Source: Prorocentrum cordatum (Eukaryota). From it: DNA of 64,000 nucleotides. Below, in pieces: positions 13,150 through 25,400 of this stretch. The translations under genes and the position numbers were made by a program. The DNA is taken from NCBI GenBank assembly GCA_963575745.1, contig CAUYUJ010000092.1:496001-560000 (forward strand), given 5' to 3'. Position 1 is the first letter of the stretch. Each line of letters starts with the position of its first letter. The notes below the pieces were generated by a model. The model did no database searches, was not told where the DNA came from, and saw only the letters and a list, made by a program, of their open reading frames with translations.

Positions 13150-15431
13150 CTGGAAGTAGGCCGACAGCAGCACGTCCCAGCCCTTGCGAGCCTGCCGGAC
13201 TGGGCGGCGCGAGGCCGAAAGGGCGCGAAGAGGCGGGGGGGGCAGCGCGGCAGGCTTCGGCCGCGGCAGCGGCGGCAGCCGTGCCGCCACGAACGCCGAG
13301 GCGCTGGCGCCGCTGGTGCCGCTCGCCTGGCCCCCCTACGGCGAGCGAGGAGGAGCTCGCCCTCCGCCTGGCGGCCGTGGCCCCCCGCCATCGCAAGGTG
13401 ATGCTCGGGCAACGTCAAGACCTCCAAGCCCGCGGGGGACTGCCCCTGGCCCGAGCAGGAAGGGCGGCCCGGGATCCAGATCGCAGAGGCCCAGGAGGGC
13501 CAGAGACGTCCCCGCTGACTTCCCTGCACGGGGCGGACCCCGAGGGAAGCCAGGGCGAGAAAGAGGCACGCCCGCAGAGGAAATCATGCTCTGCCGAGCG
13601 TTGGCCTTCGCCCAAAGAGAAGGGCATTGGCTAGACGTAGAGACGCACGTAGGACCGAAGTTTCGAGTAAGGCCTGGTAGATGCGACGACGGACACCCAA
13701 GCTGAAAACAGCATGCAGCCGCTGCCGTGTGTGTGGCACACTGGAAACAACAGGAGTTGCCTTGGAGCCAGGCTGGCAGTCCATAGACCGAATGAACCAA
13801 CCGCAGCCAAACTTTACATTATATCGTAGCACCCCGCAGATGCGGATAAGAGCAAGGGGGCGGTGGGGAAGTCGACAGTTTGCGAGACTCTGGAGAAGCT
13901 CCCCGCAGGCGCAGAAGTTTCACAAGTTCGGAGGTTGGGGGGTGAGTCCGACGTGAAACGGAGACCCCCCCCACCGGGAAATCGATTTCAATTTCGGGTT
14001 CGTGTCGTGCGTGCCGTGCGTGCGTGCGGGCAGGGCGAAGCTGCGTGGGCGGGCGAGAGGAAATCCTCCTGTGGCTGGGCCGCGGCCGGACCACATGTAA
14101 CTCCTCCGGCGGCCGGTGCCCCGCGGTGTTCCGCCGGTGTCCCGCGGGTGTCCCGAAATCCTCCTGTGGCTGGGCCGCGGCCGGACCGAATGTAACCCCT
14201 CTGGCGGCCGGTGCCCCGCGGTGTCCCGCCGGTGTCCCGCGGTGTCCCGTGTTGTCCCGTGGTGTCCCGTGGTGTCCCGTTGAGTGAGATCGATCGTGAA
14301 ATCGATAGTGAAACCGATGCTGAGATCGATGTGGTGCCCCGAGGTGTCCCGTGGTGTCCCGTTGAGTGAGACCGATAGTGAGATCGATAGTGGGATCGAC
14401 TGGTGTCCCGTGCTGTCCCGTTGAATGAGATCGATAGTGAAATCGATACTGAGATCGATGTGGTGCCCCGAGGTGTCCCGTGGTGTCCCGCTGAGTGAGA
14501 TTGATAGTGAGATCGATAGTGAGATCGATAGTGAGGTCGACAGGTGTCCCGAGCTGTCCCGTGGTGTCCCGTTGAGTGAGATCGATAGTGAGATCGATCG
14601 TGAGATCGATTTGGTTCCCCGAGGAATCCCGTGGTGTCCCGCTGAGTGAGATCGATAGTGAGATCGATAGTGAGACCGATAGTGAGATCGAGAGGTGTCC
14701 CGCGGTGTCCCGTGGTGTCCCGTGGTGGCCCGTGGTGTCCCGTGGTGTCCCGTTGAGTGAGATCGATACTGAGATCGACAGGTGTCCCGTGGTGTCCCGT
14801 GGTATCCCGTTCAGTGAGATCGATAGTGAGATCGATTGAGTCAAATGTTGCTTCCCCCCCTCTCCCCCCCCCACAACCTCCTTATCACCCGAAGGGTGGT
14901 CGTATAGGTATACAACGAGACCGCCGCAGGCGCATATTTTTTCGTTGAACCAATGTGGGTAGGTCGCGGGGTGGGTCGCGGGTGGGGTCGCTGCTGGGTC
15001 GCGGGTGTAGAAGGCAGAAAATCCACCCCATACTGTGAATCACCCCGACAAACGAAGCCAGTTAGTAAACGCACACATGGAATGAATCGAACATGGCAAG
15101 GCTGTTCAGTCAACGGCCAGGGCCGTTTAGTAAACGTCAATTGTCGGGTCCGGGTGGTTTTTCCTCCCTTGAGGGTGGATCGCGGGGGGGGTCGCGGGTG
15201 GGTCGCGGGGTGGGTCGCGGGTGGGTCGCGGATGAGTCGCGGATGGGTCGCGGGGTGGGTCGCGGGTGGGTCGCGGGTGGGTCGCGGGTGGGTCGCGGGG
15301 TGGGTCGCGGTTGGGTCGTGGGGTGGGTCGCGGATGGGTCGCAGGGTGGGTCGCGGGTGGGTCGCGGGGTGGGTCGCGGGGTGGGTCGCGGGTGGGTCGC
15401 GGGTGGGACGACGACAACAACAAACAACAAC

Positions 15432-15498
<67 letters not shown>

Positions 15499-16264
15499 TA
15501 CTAGCACGTGGGGACACTCCGTTCTCACCAGTGCCAGGGTTTTCATAGGAGGCGGGCAATACCCCCACTTTGTGGGGGGGCCGGTTCAAGCTCTACCAAA
15601 TTTCCAAACGACTCTTCGCCACCACCCACACCCAGCTTCCCGCCCTATGACGTTCGGACACTTCACTTCGTGGCATGCGGACGACCGTGGCTACTATTCA
15701 GGGCCCCGCGGCCGACGACGACGGCGTGCGCGCGCGAAGAAAAAACGAATGTGTCCCGCATGGTATTATTTGACAGGGATGATGGCCCTGGCAGGTGCGC
15801 AACCGTTGTTGCAGAAGTTCGAAAAAGTTGCTCGCAAAAGCCCGTTTGACAGAAATGTTTAAAAAGTGTTGGGTTTCCTACGAATCCGCAAGAGCGCGCG
15901 GGATGAAATTTTGTCATTTTTTTTTAAACCATTGGTTTTTTTTTTGATGTTTTTATGTTAAAATCGCTACGAAAACTAAGGTTTTGGAAGGATTTCGTCT
16001 TGCGCGCGCGAATGTCCACTTTACCTTATTTGTTGCAAGGGATTCTTGAAATGTGGTTATGTTAGAACAAGAAATGTCATTTTATATTGCTTTTTGTAAG
16101 GGAAAGCGGGGGGGAACAAAACAACCGGATCCGGACCAACCCGTTTTGCCGGAGACTTCCTCACGAAAATGATGAAAACATGGCTGCGGCCTAGGCGCGG
16201 CGAGGGGGCCGTGCACCAGGGGTCCCAACAATAATTATTCTTTAGAAGTAATAATGTTCAACAA

Positions 16265-16295
<31 letters not shown>

Positions 16296-19200
16296 ATCGT
16301 CAACAGTAACATCAACAACACCAACCACAGCAACGACAACAACACCACAACAACACCACCAGCAACAACCATAACAACACTAACAACAATAACAACAATA
16401 ACAACGCTAACAACACAGACAACAATAAGAACAACGCAACAAGCAGGCTTGCCACCTCGAACTCCTTATGCAGCCACGCGCCCAGGGACAATGAATGACC
16501 GTTCGGCCCCCTCACGCTGATGTATATACAACTTTGTTTACACACGTACATACATACGTGTGTGTACGTACATACATACATACAGACATATACATATATA
16601 TGTGTGTGTGCAAGACTGCATTGGCGCTGCGCGCCGTGCACCTTGGTCCTGTGAGTTCTGCACGCAAGCGGAATGCGTGCGTGCGTACGTGCGCGCATGC
16701 ATGTATACACGCGCACGTGCATGTACGTTCCGTATAAATGTCTAGATGTGTACAGCATACTTGCATTGTTGTGTGTGTGTACAGCGGACATATGTACATA
16801 TAACTCTATGTGTTTAACGGTATGCACATGCATAGGCAACTCGTACGGGGCATCCTCGGGCATCTTCGCTGCATGCCACGAGACCCTCGACGACTGGGTC
16901 ACAATGTGAAATGTCATGGGAGCAAAATCACTGAATGCTGGCATTCGAAAACATTGTGGGGGTGTTTTCGGGGCCCTCGTGGACCGTTTTGGCGCCTTCA
17001 CGGGCCATCCTGGGGCCTTCTTGGGCCGTCTTGGGGAGCTTGGGCCCGCTGGAGCCCCCTTTGGACCCATCTTGGGGGCACTTCGGGGGACCTCCCATGG
17101 CCCTTTTGGGTCTGTGCTGGGAGCCCTTGGGGGGCCTCTTGGTTCCATTATGGGCTGTCTTGGGGCTCTCGTGGGCGATCGTGGGGCCCGGCTCGGCCGT
17201 CTTGAAGCTTTCTTGGGGGCCTTTTGGGGCGTCTGGAGGCGATCTCGGGGACTTTGAAACCGTCTTGAGAGCTGATGAAATCCGAAAGGCGAATCTGTTA
17301 AAATTGTAAATCTTACGAAGGGAATGGCACGATTTTTGTGGTTTGAAGACCCCTTGGAAAGCTTTGGGGTGCCTTGGGGGTCTTTATGTTGGCATTCGAA
17401 AACATTGTGGGGGTGTTTTCGGGGCCCTCGTGGGCCGTTTGGGCGCCTTCATGGGCCGTCCTGGGGATTTCTTGGGCCCTCTTGGGGAGCTTGGGCCCGC
17501 TGGCGCCACCTTTGGACCCATCTTGGGCACTTCCGGGGACCTCCCATGGCCCTTTTGGGTCTGTGCTGGGAGCCCTTGCGGGCCTCTTGGTTCCATTATG
17601 GGCTGTCTTGGGGCTCTCGTGGGCGATCGTGGGGCCCGGCTCGGCCGTCTTGAAGCTTTCTTGGGGGCCTTTTGGGGCGTCTGGCGGCGATCTCGGGGGC
17701 TTTGAAATCGTCTTGAAATCTGATGAAATCCGAAAGGCGAATACGCTAAAATTGTAAGTCTTACGAAGGGAATGGGACGATTTTTGTGGTTTGAAGGCCC
17801 CTTGGAAAGCTTTGGGATGCCTTGGGGGTCTTTATGTTGGCATTCGGAAACATCGTGGGGGTGTTTTCGGGGCCCTCGTGGGCCGTTTTGGCGCCTTCAT
17901 GGGGCGTCCTAGGGCCTCTTTTTTTTTGTACATCCCTGATCCCCAGAGCCGCCCCTGAACGTATCTGGTGAAGCATTAGAAGCCACACACCCTTCGCCAC
18001 TGCGCTGTGCAGCGGCTCCCAAAAGGGGGCGATGACCGTGAGCATGCCAGCGGCCTCGCGAGCCGCCCTGGTGGCGCCCGCCACGGGGCGGCTCCGAGGG
18101 CCCCGCAGCAACTGAAACATCTTGCACTGCCAAAGAGGAAGAGGAGGGGGAGGAGGAGGAGAAAAACACAACTGCCTGGCTCCTCCAGGCGTTTGCCACT
18201 ACACGGTGCCTCCGTGCAGTAACTCGCAGTCGAGCCTCGAAGTGCTGCTCCACCGTGCCAGGAATGCCGAGACGACGGTTATTGTGGGACGCAACGAAAG
18301 CATCTATACAAACGGCAAACAGAACATTAGATGACATCGGTGAAGGTGACAGCAGAAGAAAGGGGAGGAGCCAGGGAGAACCCTCAGGTAACCACGACGA
18401 CGAGATAAATAAGTGACCAAGCCAACGACGGAAGAGAGCAGCAAGACGGGGGCAACGACTGTAGTGCTCGACAGAATCAAGATCCTGAGAACCTTCATCT
18501 CGGCATCCCAACAGGCAACCAGCAGATCTGGTATGAAATCTTCGAGGGGAACACAGACCACGGCACAAGAAACGATAAATGCCTACCAATAGATATGGTT
18601 GGGTTCTCTCGACTAGAACGAACGAGTTCAGGAAGAAACGATCCATCACAGGGAGGGAAAGCTGAGGGAACCAGGCCGAAACTCGACGATAGAGAATACT
18701 GCGGGCATCTTCTCGAGGACCGAACTGCTTAAGACAGCGAGCATACAGTAGTGCTTGGAGCTTGAGGCTAGACTCATTAACACGCATCGGGATGCTCATG
18801 TACCATGCATGCAGGGTGCGCATATATGAAAGAAAGCTGGATTTCCACCAGCCGGTGCGAACCCGAACCATAATCACGTCATCGTCGAACTCAAGGGCAG
18901 ACAGACGGGCGAACACCTCTAGAACAGCAGGGCGCCTCATAATATACCGCAAGCAGGTCGCTCGGGCCAACGACGCAAGCTCAGGAAACTCAACTGGAAT
19001 ATTAAGCTGGCGTAGCTGTGTACACATCGCATAACTGAATGCATTCCTCGGCCCAGCCGTGAGGAACATGACCGACTCACGGTAGGCGTGTAATAGCTGC
19101 TTGCTAATGGGGTTGAGCTGAAGAATAAAGCCAAGCACGGAGACACACATGACACGGAAAGCAACAGCAGCACGAGTAAGGCCCAAGCCCAGACGGCGAG

Positions 19201-21886
19201 AGGTCCCCACGCGAAGCCTAAACTTGGGCCCTCTTGGGGAGCTTGGGCCCGCTGGAGCCCCCTTTGGACCCATCTTGGGCACTTCGGGGGACCTCCCATG
19301 GCCCTTTTGGGTCTGTGCTGGGAGCCCTTGGGGGGCCTCTTGGTTCCATTATGGGCTGTCTTGGGGCTCTCGCGGGCGATCGTGGGGCCCGGCTCGGCCG
19401 TCTTGAAGCTTTCTTGGGGGCCTTTTGGGGCGTCTGGCGGCGATCTCGGGGGCTTTGAAACCGTCTTCAGAGCTGATGAAATCCGAAAGGCGAATATGCT
19501 ACAATTGTAAATCTTACGAAGGGAATGGCACGATTTATGTGTTTTGAAGGCCCCTTGGGAAACTTTTTGGGGTGCCTTGGAGGTCTTTATGTTGGCATTC
19601 GGAAACCTCGTGGGGGTATTTTCGGGGCCCTCGTGGGCCGTTTTGGCGCCTTCATGGGCCGTCCTAGGGCCTTCTTGGGCCCTCTTGGGGAGCTTGGGCC
19701 CGCTGGAGCCCCCTTTGGACCCATCTTGGGCACTTCCGGGGACCTCCCATGGCCCTTTTTGGGTCTGTGCTGGGAGCCCTTGGGGGCCTCTTGGTTCCAT
19801 TATGGGCTGTCTTGGGGCTCTCGCGGGCGATCGTGGGGCCCGGCTCGGCCGTCTTGAAGCTTTCTTGGGGGCCTTTTGGGGCGTCTGGAGGCGATCTCGG
19901 GGGCTGTGAAACCGTCTTGAAAGCTGATGAAACCGTCTTGAAAGCTGATGAAATCGGGGGCTGCGCGTGCGCAGAAGCGCCAGCCCAACTCCGCCACCCC
20001 GATCACGCGGAAGCCGATGGCGTGGAGCAAACGGAGCCTCCCTCAGCGCCTGCGCAGACGCTCTGGCAAGTGGCCGCGCCACAGCATGAGCAGGGGGGGC
20101 CACCTCCCTCCCGAGGTGAACCAATGCTCACACGAACCGTCGACTTGCTGGTGCGACGGCGTCGGGTCATCCGGCCAGCTCGAGAGAGGTCCACGACCAC
20201 TGGCAGACGACGCGTCGCCGCTCCTCCCGATAAGCGACGTCCTTCCGATGACCACTGCGCCGGCGCTCACCAGGTGGAGGGCGAGGAAGAAGATGAAGAC
20301 ACATGACCATGATACAAAAAAAGCAGCAACACAATATCAGGACGAGCAGGAGGACGAGGAGGGGGAGGAGTCGCACGAGGAACAGCTTGCACAGGTGAAG
20401 GTGCAGAAGCAGGATCAGGACTGGGAGCAGGCACAGGAGGGGGAGGACGAGGAGGAGGAGGCTCCAGATGGGGAGAGGAGCCAGAGCAGGAAAGACAGGA
20501 GGAGGAGGCGGAGGAGGAGGAGGAGGAGAACGAGGAGGAGGAGAGGCGGAGGAGACGGAGAGGCGGAGGAGGAGGAGGAGGAGGAGGAGGAGGAGGAGGA
20601 GGAGGAGGAGGGGGAGGAAGAGGAGGAGGATAAGACGCTGCTGGGAACCGTCGCGCTGAGCACAGGACGGCCACCTGAGAGTGGGGAGGCAAAGACCTCC
20701 CCTCGGTGCCACAGTCGTGCCTCGCCCACCCGAGGCGATGAACAGCATGAGGACGAAACCGCTCGCAAGGGCCGACGAAAGCCCAGGCAGCCGCTGGGCG
20801 CCCCTCCACCATTCCCTCCGCCCTCTCATGACGCCTGCCTCCCCTCCCCCTCTCCCTCCCTTCCTCCCCGCCTCAGCACTTCTGCTTCTCACGCTAATCT
20901 CTCCTCCGCAGCCCCTTCCCTCCTACGTCCTCACCCCCTCCTCACTCCACCATTACGCTCCCCTCGCCCCACCACCGAGTAGCTCCTTTCCCTTCCTGCA
21001 TCCTCCCTCCTCCCTCCTACCCCTCCCATGCTCCCTCATTCCTGCATCCACCTTCCTCCCTGCCTACCTCTTCCCCTCCCTCCCTCCCTCTCCTCCCTCC
21101 CCCTTACTTTGCTCCCTCACGCACGCGGGTGGCCTCCCACTTGAAGACGGACAAAAAGCGGTACCGCTGCTTGCCCGAGGAACTGGATGAGCCCATACCT
21201 GGCCGCTCTCCACTGGCTTTCGGCGGCACCCTCCCTTCCTCTCTCCCCCCCTCCGTTTGCCTCCCCAGTTCTTCCCACCCCAACAACACATTCGTGACGC
21301 CTGCTGCTCGCCTCTCTCCCATGACAGCGCCCAGCCGTGCCCTCGCCCCTTGCGAGTGCGGTTTTTTGACACGTTGAGTTGTTATACGCGTGTTCAGTCA
21401 GGGCGTCCTCTGTATGGTCCTTCGCGCTTTTTCCAAAGCGGGGGGGGCGAACGGTCTTTCATGATCCCTAGGTCCCTAGGCGCCTGGCTGAAATGAGGCC
21501 CCGCGGTGCGGATTCTTGTTGTTGCGTTGCTGTCAACTCTTAATGGTCGTTTTTTTGGACGCCCTACAGTCGGGGCCTTGACCTAAGGAACCCAAAATAA
21601 GGAACGAGGCCCCTTTTCCCATAAGTCAAACTTCGATTTCCGATCGAAAACATAAGGAAAACCTGAGGCAAGCTGCGAAACACTTAAGGAACGCGGAACC
21701 CCTCTCCAACGAAAAGGGTTCCTTCTTCAGGGCCCCGACTGTACATCCGCCCTGGCTCTCTCGCCTAGGAGCTGGCTGCATTTCCGCTGAAAGTTAGGCC
21801 CATACCAGATCCTTTCGGGGGATCGCCGAAGCGCCCCCTATCAACAACAACAACAGCAGCAGCAACAACAACAACAACATGAACAA

Positions 21887-21918
<32 letters not shown>

Positions 21919-22418
21919 ACAACAGCAAACGCTACCACAACAACAACACCAAGACCAACAACAACAGCAACAACAACACACATGACACCACCACCACCAC
22001 CAACCGCAACAACAACACCAACAACACCAACAACACCAACCACAACAATCGCAACAACAACAACACCAGCAACACCAGCGACAACAACAACATTAACGCT
22101 CAAGCTCGATACTTCCACCTTTTCTGCTCGGGACCGGGGCAACTGCTCGCCGCCGAAGATCGGCTTTCCACCAAAACCGGCGCTCCCGCTCGGTACGTCC
22201 TTGTCTTTTACTCAAGACCGACGCTCCCGCCCTGGCGCCGCAGACGACCCCCCTGCAGACGACCCCCCCGCTTGATACCGCCTGTGCTTTATTTTAGATT
22301 CCCAGAGGCCCTGGGGCTAACGCTCAAGCGTTTCGGGGTTCCCGGGGGAGTCCGCGGCTGTCTCCTGCAGGCGGCCTGGCGCTCTCGCCTCGGCGCGCGG
22401 AAGCTTGCGGCGATGATG

Positions 22419-22467
<49 letters not shown>

Positions 22468-25400
22468 AGTCGTCGTTGTTTCTGTCTCCTCCTCCTCCTC
22501 TTCCTCCTCCACGTTTCCTCGTACCCTCCCCCTTCCCTTTCCCCCTCCTCCTCCTCCTCCTCCTCCTCCTCCTCCTCCTCCTCCTCCTCCTCCTCCTCCT
22601 CCTCCCCGTGCCAATGCTGTTCTATACTCCTCTGGGGGAGTCGGCTGGGGACGCACGGGGCGCCACTAAGGGCGTGGATTCCCCACGCCCGACGAGCACC
22701 CCAGCCGAGCCCCCAGGGGTGTGAACAGCGGGGCGACAGTGGCAAGAGGCACGCTCAAGTGCCCTCCCAGCACAAGGAGGATGCGTCGACCCAGACCGGA
22801 CCTCCTCCAGCAGTGCTTCTATTGCCCACCTTGCAGGTTCGGGTCGGAAAGCCACAGGCCCCGCCTGTGTGGTCACCCTGGGGGAACACGTTTCGCCAGT
22901 GACAGTCTAAGCATGGCCCTCCTGAGCGAGGTCGACACCAGCTGCCGGTCGGCTCCGCCAGATGGTCTCAACGAGGCAGCCAGAGGATTTATCCTCCAGG
23001 AGCCTGCCAGCAATACTGGCGATCCTACACACCTTCCTTAGGAGGCATGCGCCTCCATGACACTGCCCGGAGAAAATGCCGGCGCTTGTCTTGTCAATTT
23101 TCATTCGAACAAGTCGGAGTGTCGTCATTCACACTATGTCTGGTGGGACCCCGCCGGTTTGTGTGAATCTTTAGAGTCGGCACTTTACTTCAGTCGCGAG
23201 GCAGTTGCCTCAAGGACGCAACTGGAGGCAAGGCCTGTAGTCCTGCACACCCATACGCGTCCCCCTCATCCCCTCTCCTCCCCCCATATTCCGCCACCCC
23301 CCGGCGGCCGACCGGGCCACGTGCATCCTCAGACCCTGCACGCTGGCCCTTGTCGCGAGGCAGTTGCCTCAAGGACGCACCCGGCGGCAAGGCCGGTAGT
23401 CCTGCACACCCTTACGTGTGCCCCTCATCCCCTCTCTTCCCTCCATACTCCGCCACCCCCTGGCGGCCAGGCTAGGCCACGCGCATCCTCAGACCCTGCA
23501 CGCTGGCCCTTGTCGCGAGGCAGTTGCCTCAAGGACGCAACTGGCGGCAAGGCCGGTAGTCCTGCACAACCATGCGCGTCCACCTCATCCCCTTTCCTCC
23601 CTTCATATTCCGCCACCCCTTCCTGGCGGCCAGACCGGGCCACGTGCATCCTCAGACCCTGCACGCTGGCCCTTGTTGCGAGGCAGTTGCCTCAAGGACG
23701 CACCCGGCGGCAAGGCCATTAGTCCTGCACACCCTTACGTGTCCCCCTCATCCCCTCTCGTCCCTCCATATTCCGCCACCCCCCTGGCGGCAAGACCGGG
23801 CCACGTGCATCCTCAGATCCAGCACGCTGGCCTTTGTCGCGAGGCTGCCTCAAGGACGCACCCGGCGGCAAGGCCGGTAGTCCTGCACACCTTTACGTGT
23901 CCCCCTCACCCACTCTCTTCCCTCCATAGTCCGCCACCCCCTGGCGGCCAGACCGGGCCACGTGCATCCTCAGGGCCTGCACGCTGGCCCTTGTCGCGAG
24001 GCATTTGCCTCAAGGACGCACCCGGCGGCAAGGCCGGTAGTCCTGCACACCCACTACGCGTCCCCCTCATCCCCTTTCCTCCCTCCAAATTCCGCTTCCC
24101 CCTGGCAGCCAGACCGGGCCACGTGCATCCTCAGACCCTGCACGCTGGCCCTTGTTGCGAGGCAGTTGCCTCAAGGACGCACCCGGCGGCAAGGCCGGTA
24201 GTCCTGCACACTCTCACGTGCCCCTCTCACCCTCCCCGCCCCCCCCCCTGTTCCCATCCCTCCCTCCCTCCCACCTCCTCTTCCTACTCATTCCCGTCGA
24301 GGTCTTTACCTCGAGGGCTTCACTTCGTGGTTTCTATCTCTGGATGTGTCGTCATTCACACTGTTTCTAGTGGGGCCCCGCCGGTTTGTGTGAATCTTTA
24401 GACTCGGCACTTTACTTCGGTCGCGAGGCAGTTGCCTCAAGGACGCAACCGGCGGCAAGGCCGGTAGTCCTGCACACCCTTACGCGTCCCCCTCATCCCC
24501 TCTCCTCCCTCCATATTCCGCCACCCCCTGGCGGCCAGACCGGGCCACGTGCATCCTCAGACCCTGCACGCTGGCCCTTGTCGCGAGGCAGTTGCCTCAA
24601 GGACGCACCCGGCGGCAAGGCTGGTAGTCCTGCACACCCTTACGTGTCCCCCTCAGCCCTTCTCTTCTCTCCAGTTAAGCGAAGCCACGCGTGCACTAAA
24701 CGGAGAGGGAGGAAGAGGAGGAGGAAGGAAGACGAGGACGGGGGAAGGACAAAGATGATATCTTTCAATGGCAAAACGGCCACGCGCACCACCCTGAAGG
24801 CGCGGGTCCGGCGGGACGCCGCGCCGCCCGCGCGCGCGCCCAGTGGCGCGCGCGCGCGTTCTGGCACGCCCTGCTGCCGCACGGATCTGGTGCCGAGCGG
24901 AGCAGGGTGCACAGGGAGCGAAGCGGGGTGGGTGGGCACCCGAGTCCTGGCTCGAACTCGAGCCAACGACTGCGGACCCAAAATGGCTATGGCAAAGCCC
25001 CCGCTTCCCTACGCTTAACCTGCAGTCTACCAACATCACAGACTATACAAGTTAAGCGAAGCCACGCGTGCACTAAACGGAGAGGGAGGAAGAGGAGGAG
25101 GAAGGAAGACGAGGACGGGGGAAGGACAAAGATGATATCTTTCAATGGCAAAACGGCCACGCGCACCACCCTGAAGGCGCGGGTCCGGCGGGACGCCGCG
25201 CCGCCCGCGCGCGCGCCCAGTGGCGCGCGCGCGCGTTCTGGCACGCCCTGCTGCCGCACGGCCAAAACCAAAAGAACGCAGCCGCGCGCGGGCGAAGGAC
25301 GCCCGGGCGCGCGACCACTGGCCTGCAAGCCTGAGGCCTTCCTGGAGCGGGCGCCAGGCCGCCCCGGCTGGGCAGCGCCCCGCCGGCGGCGTGCAACGCG

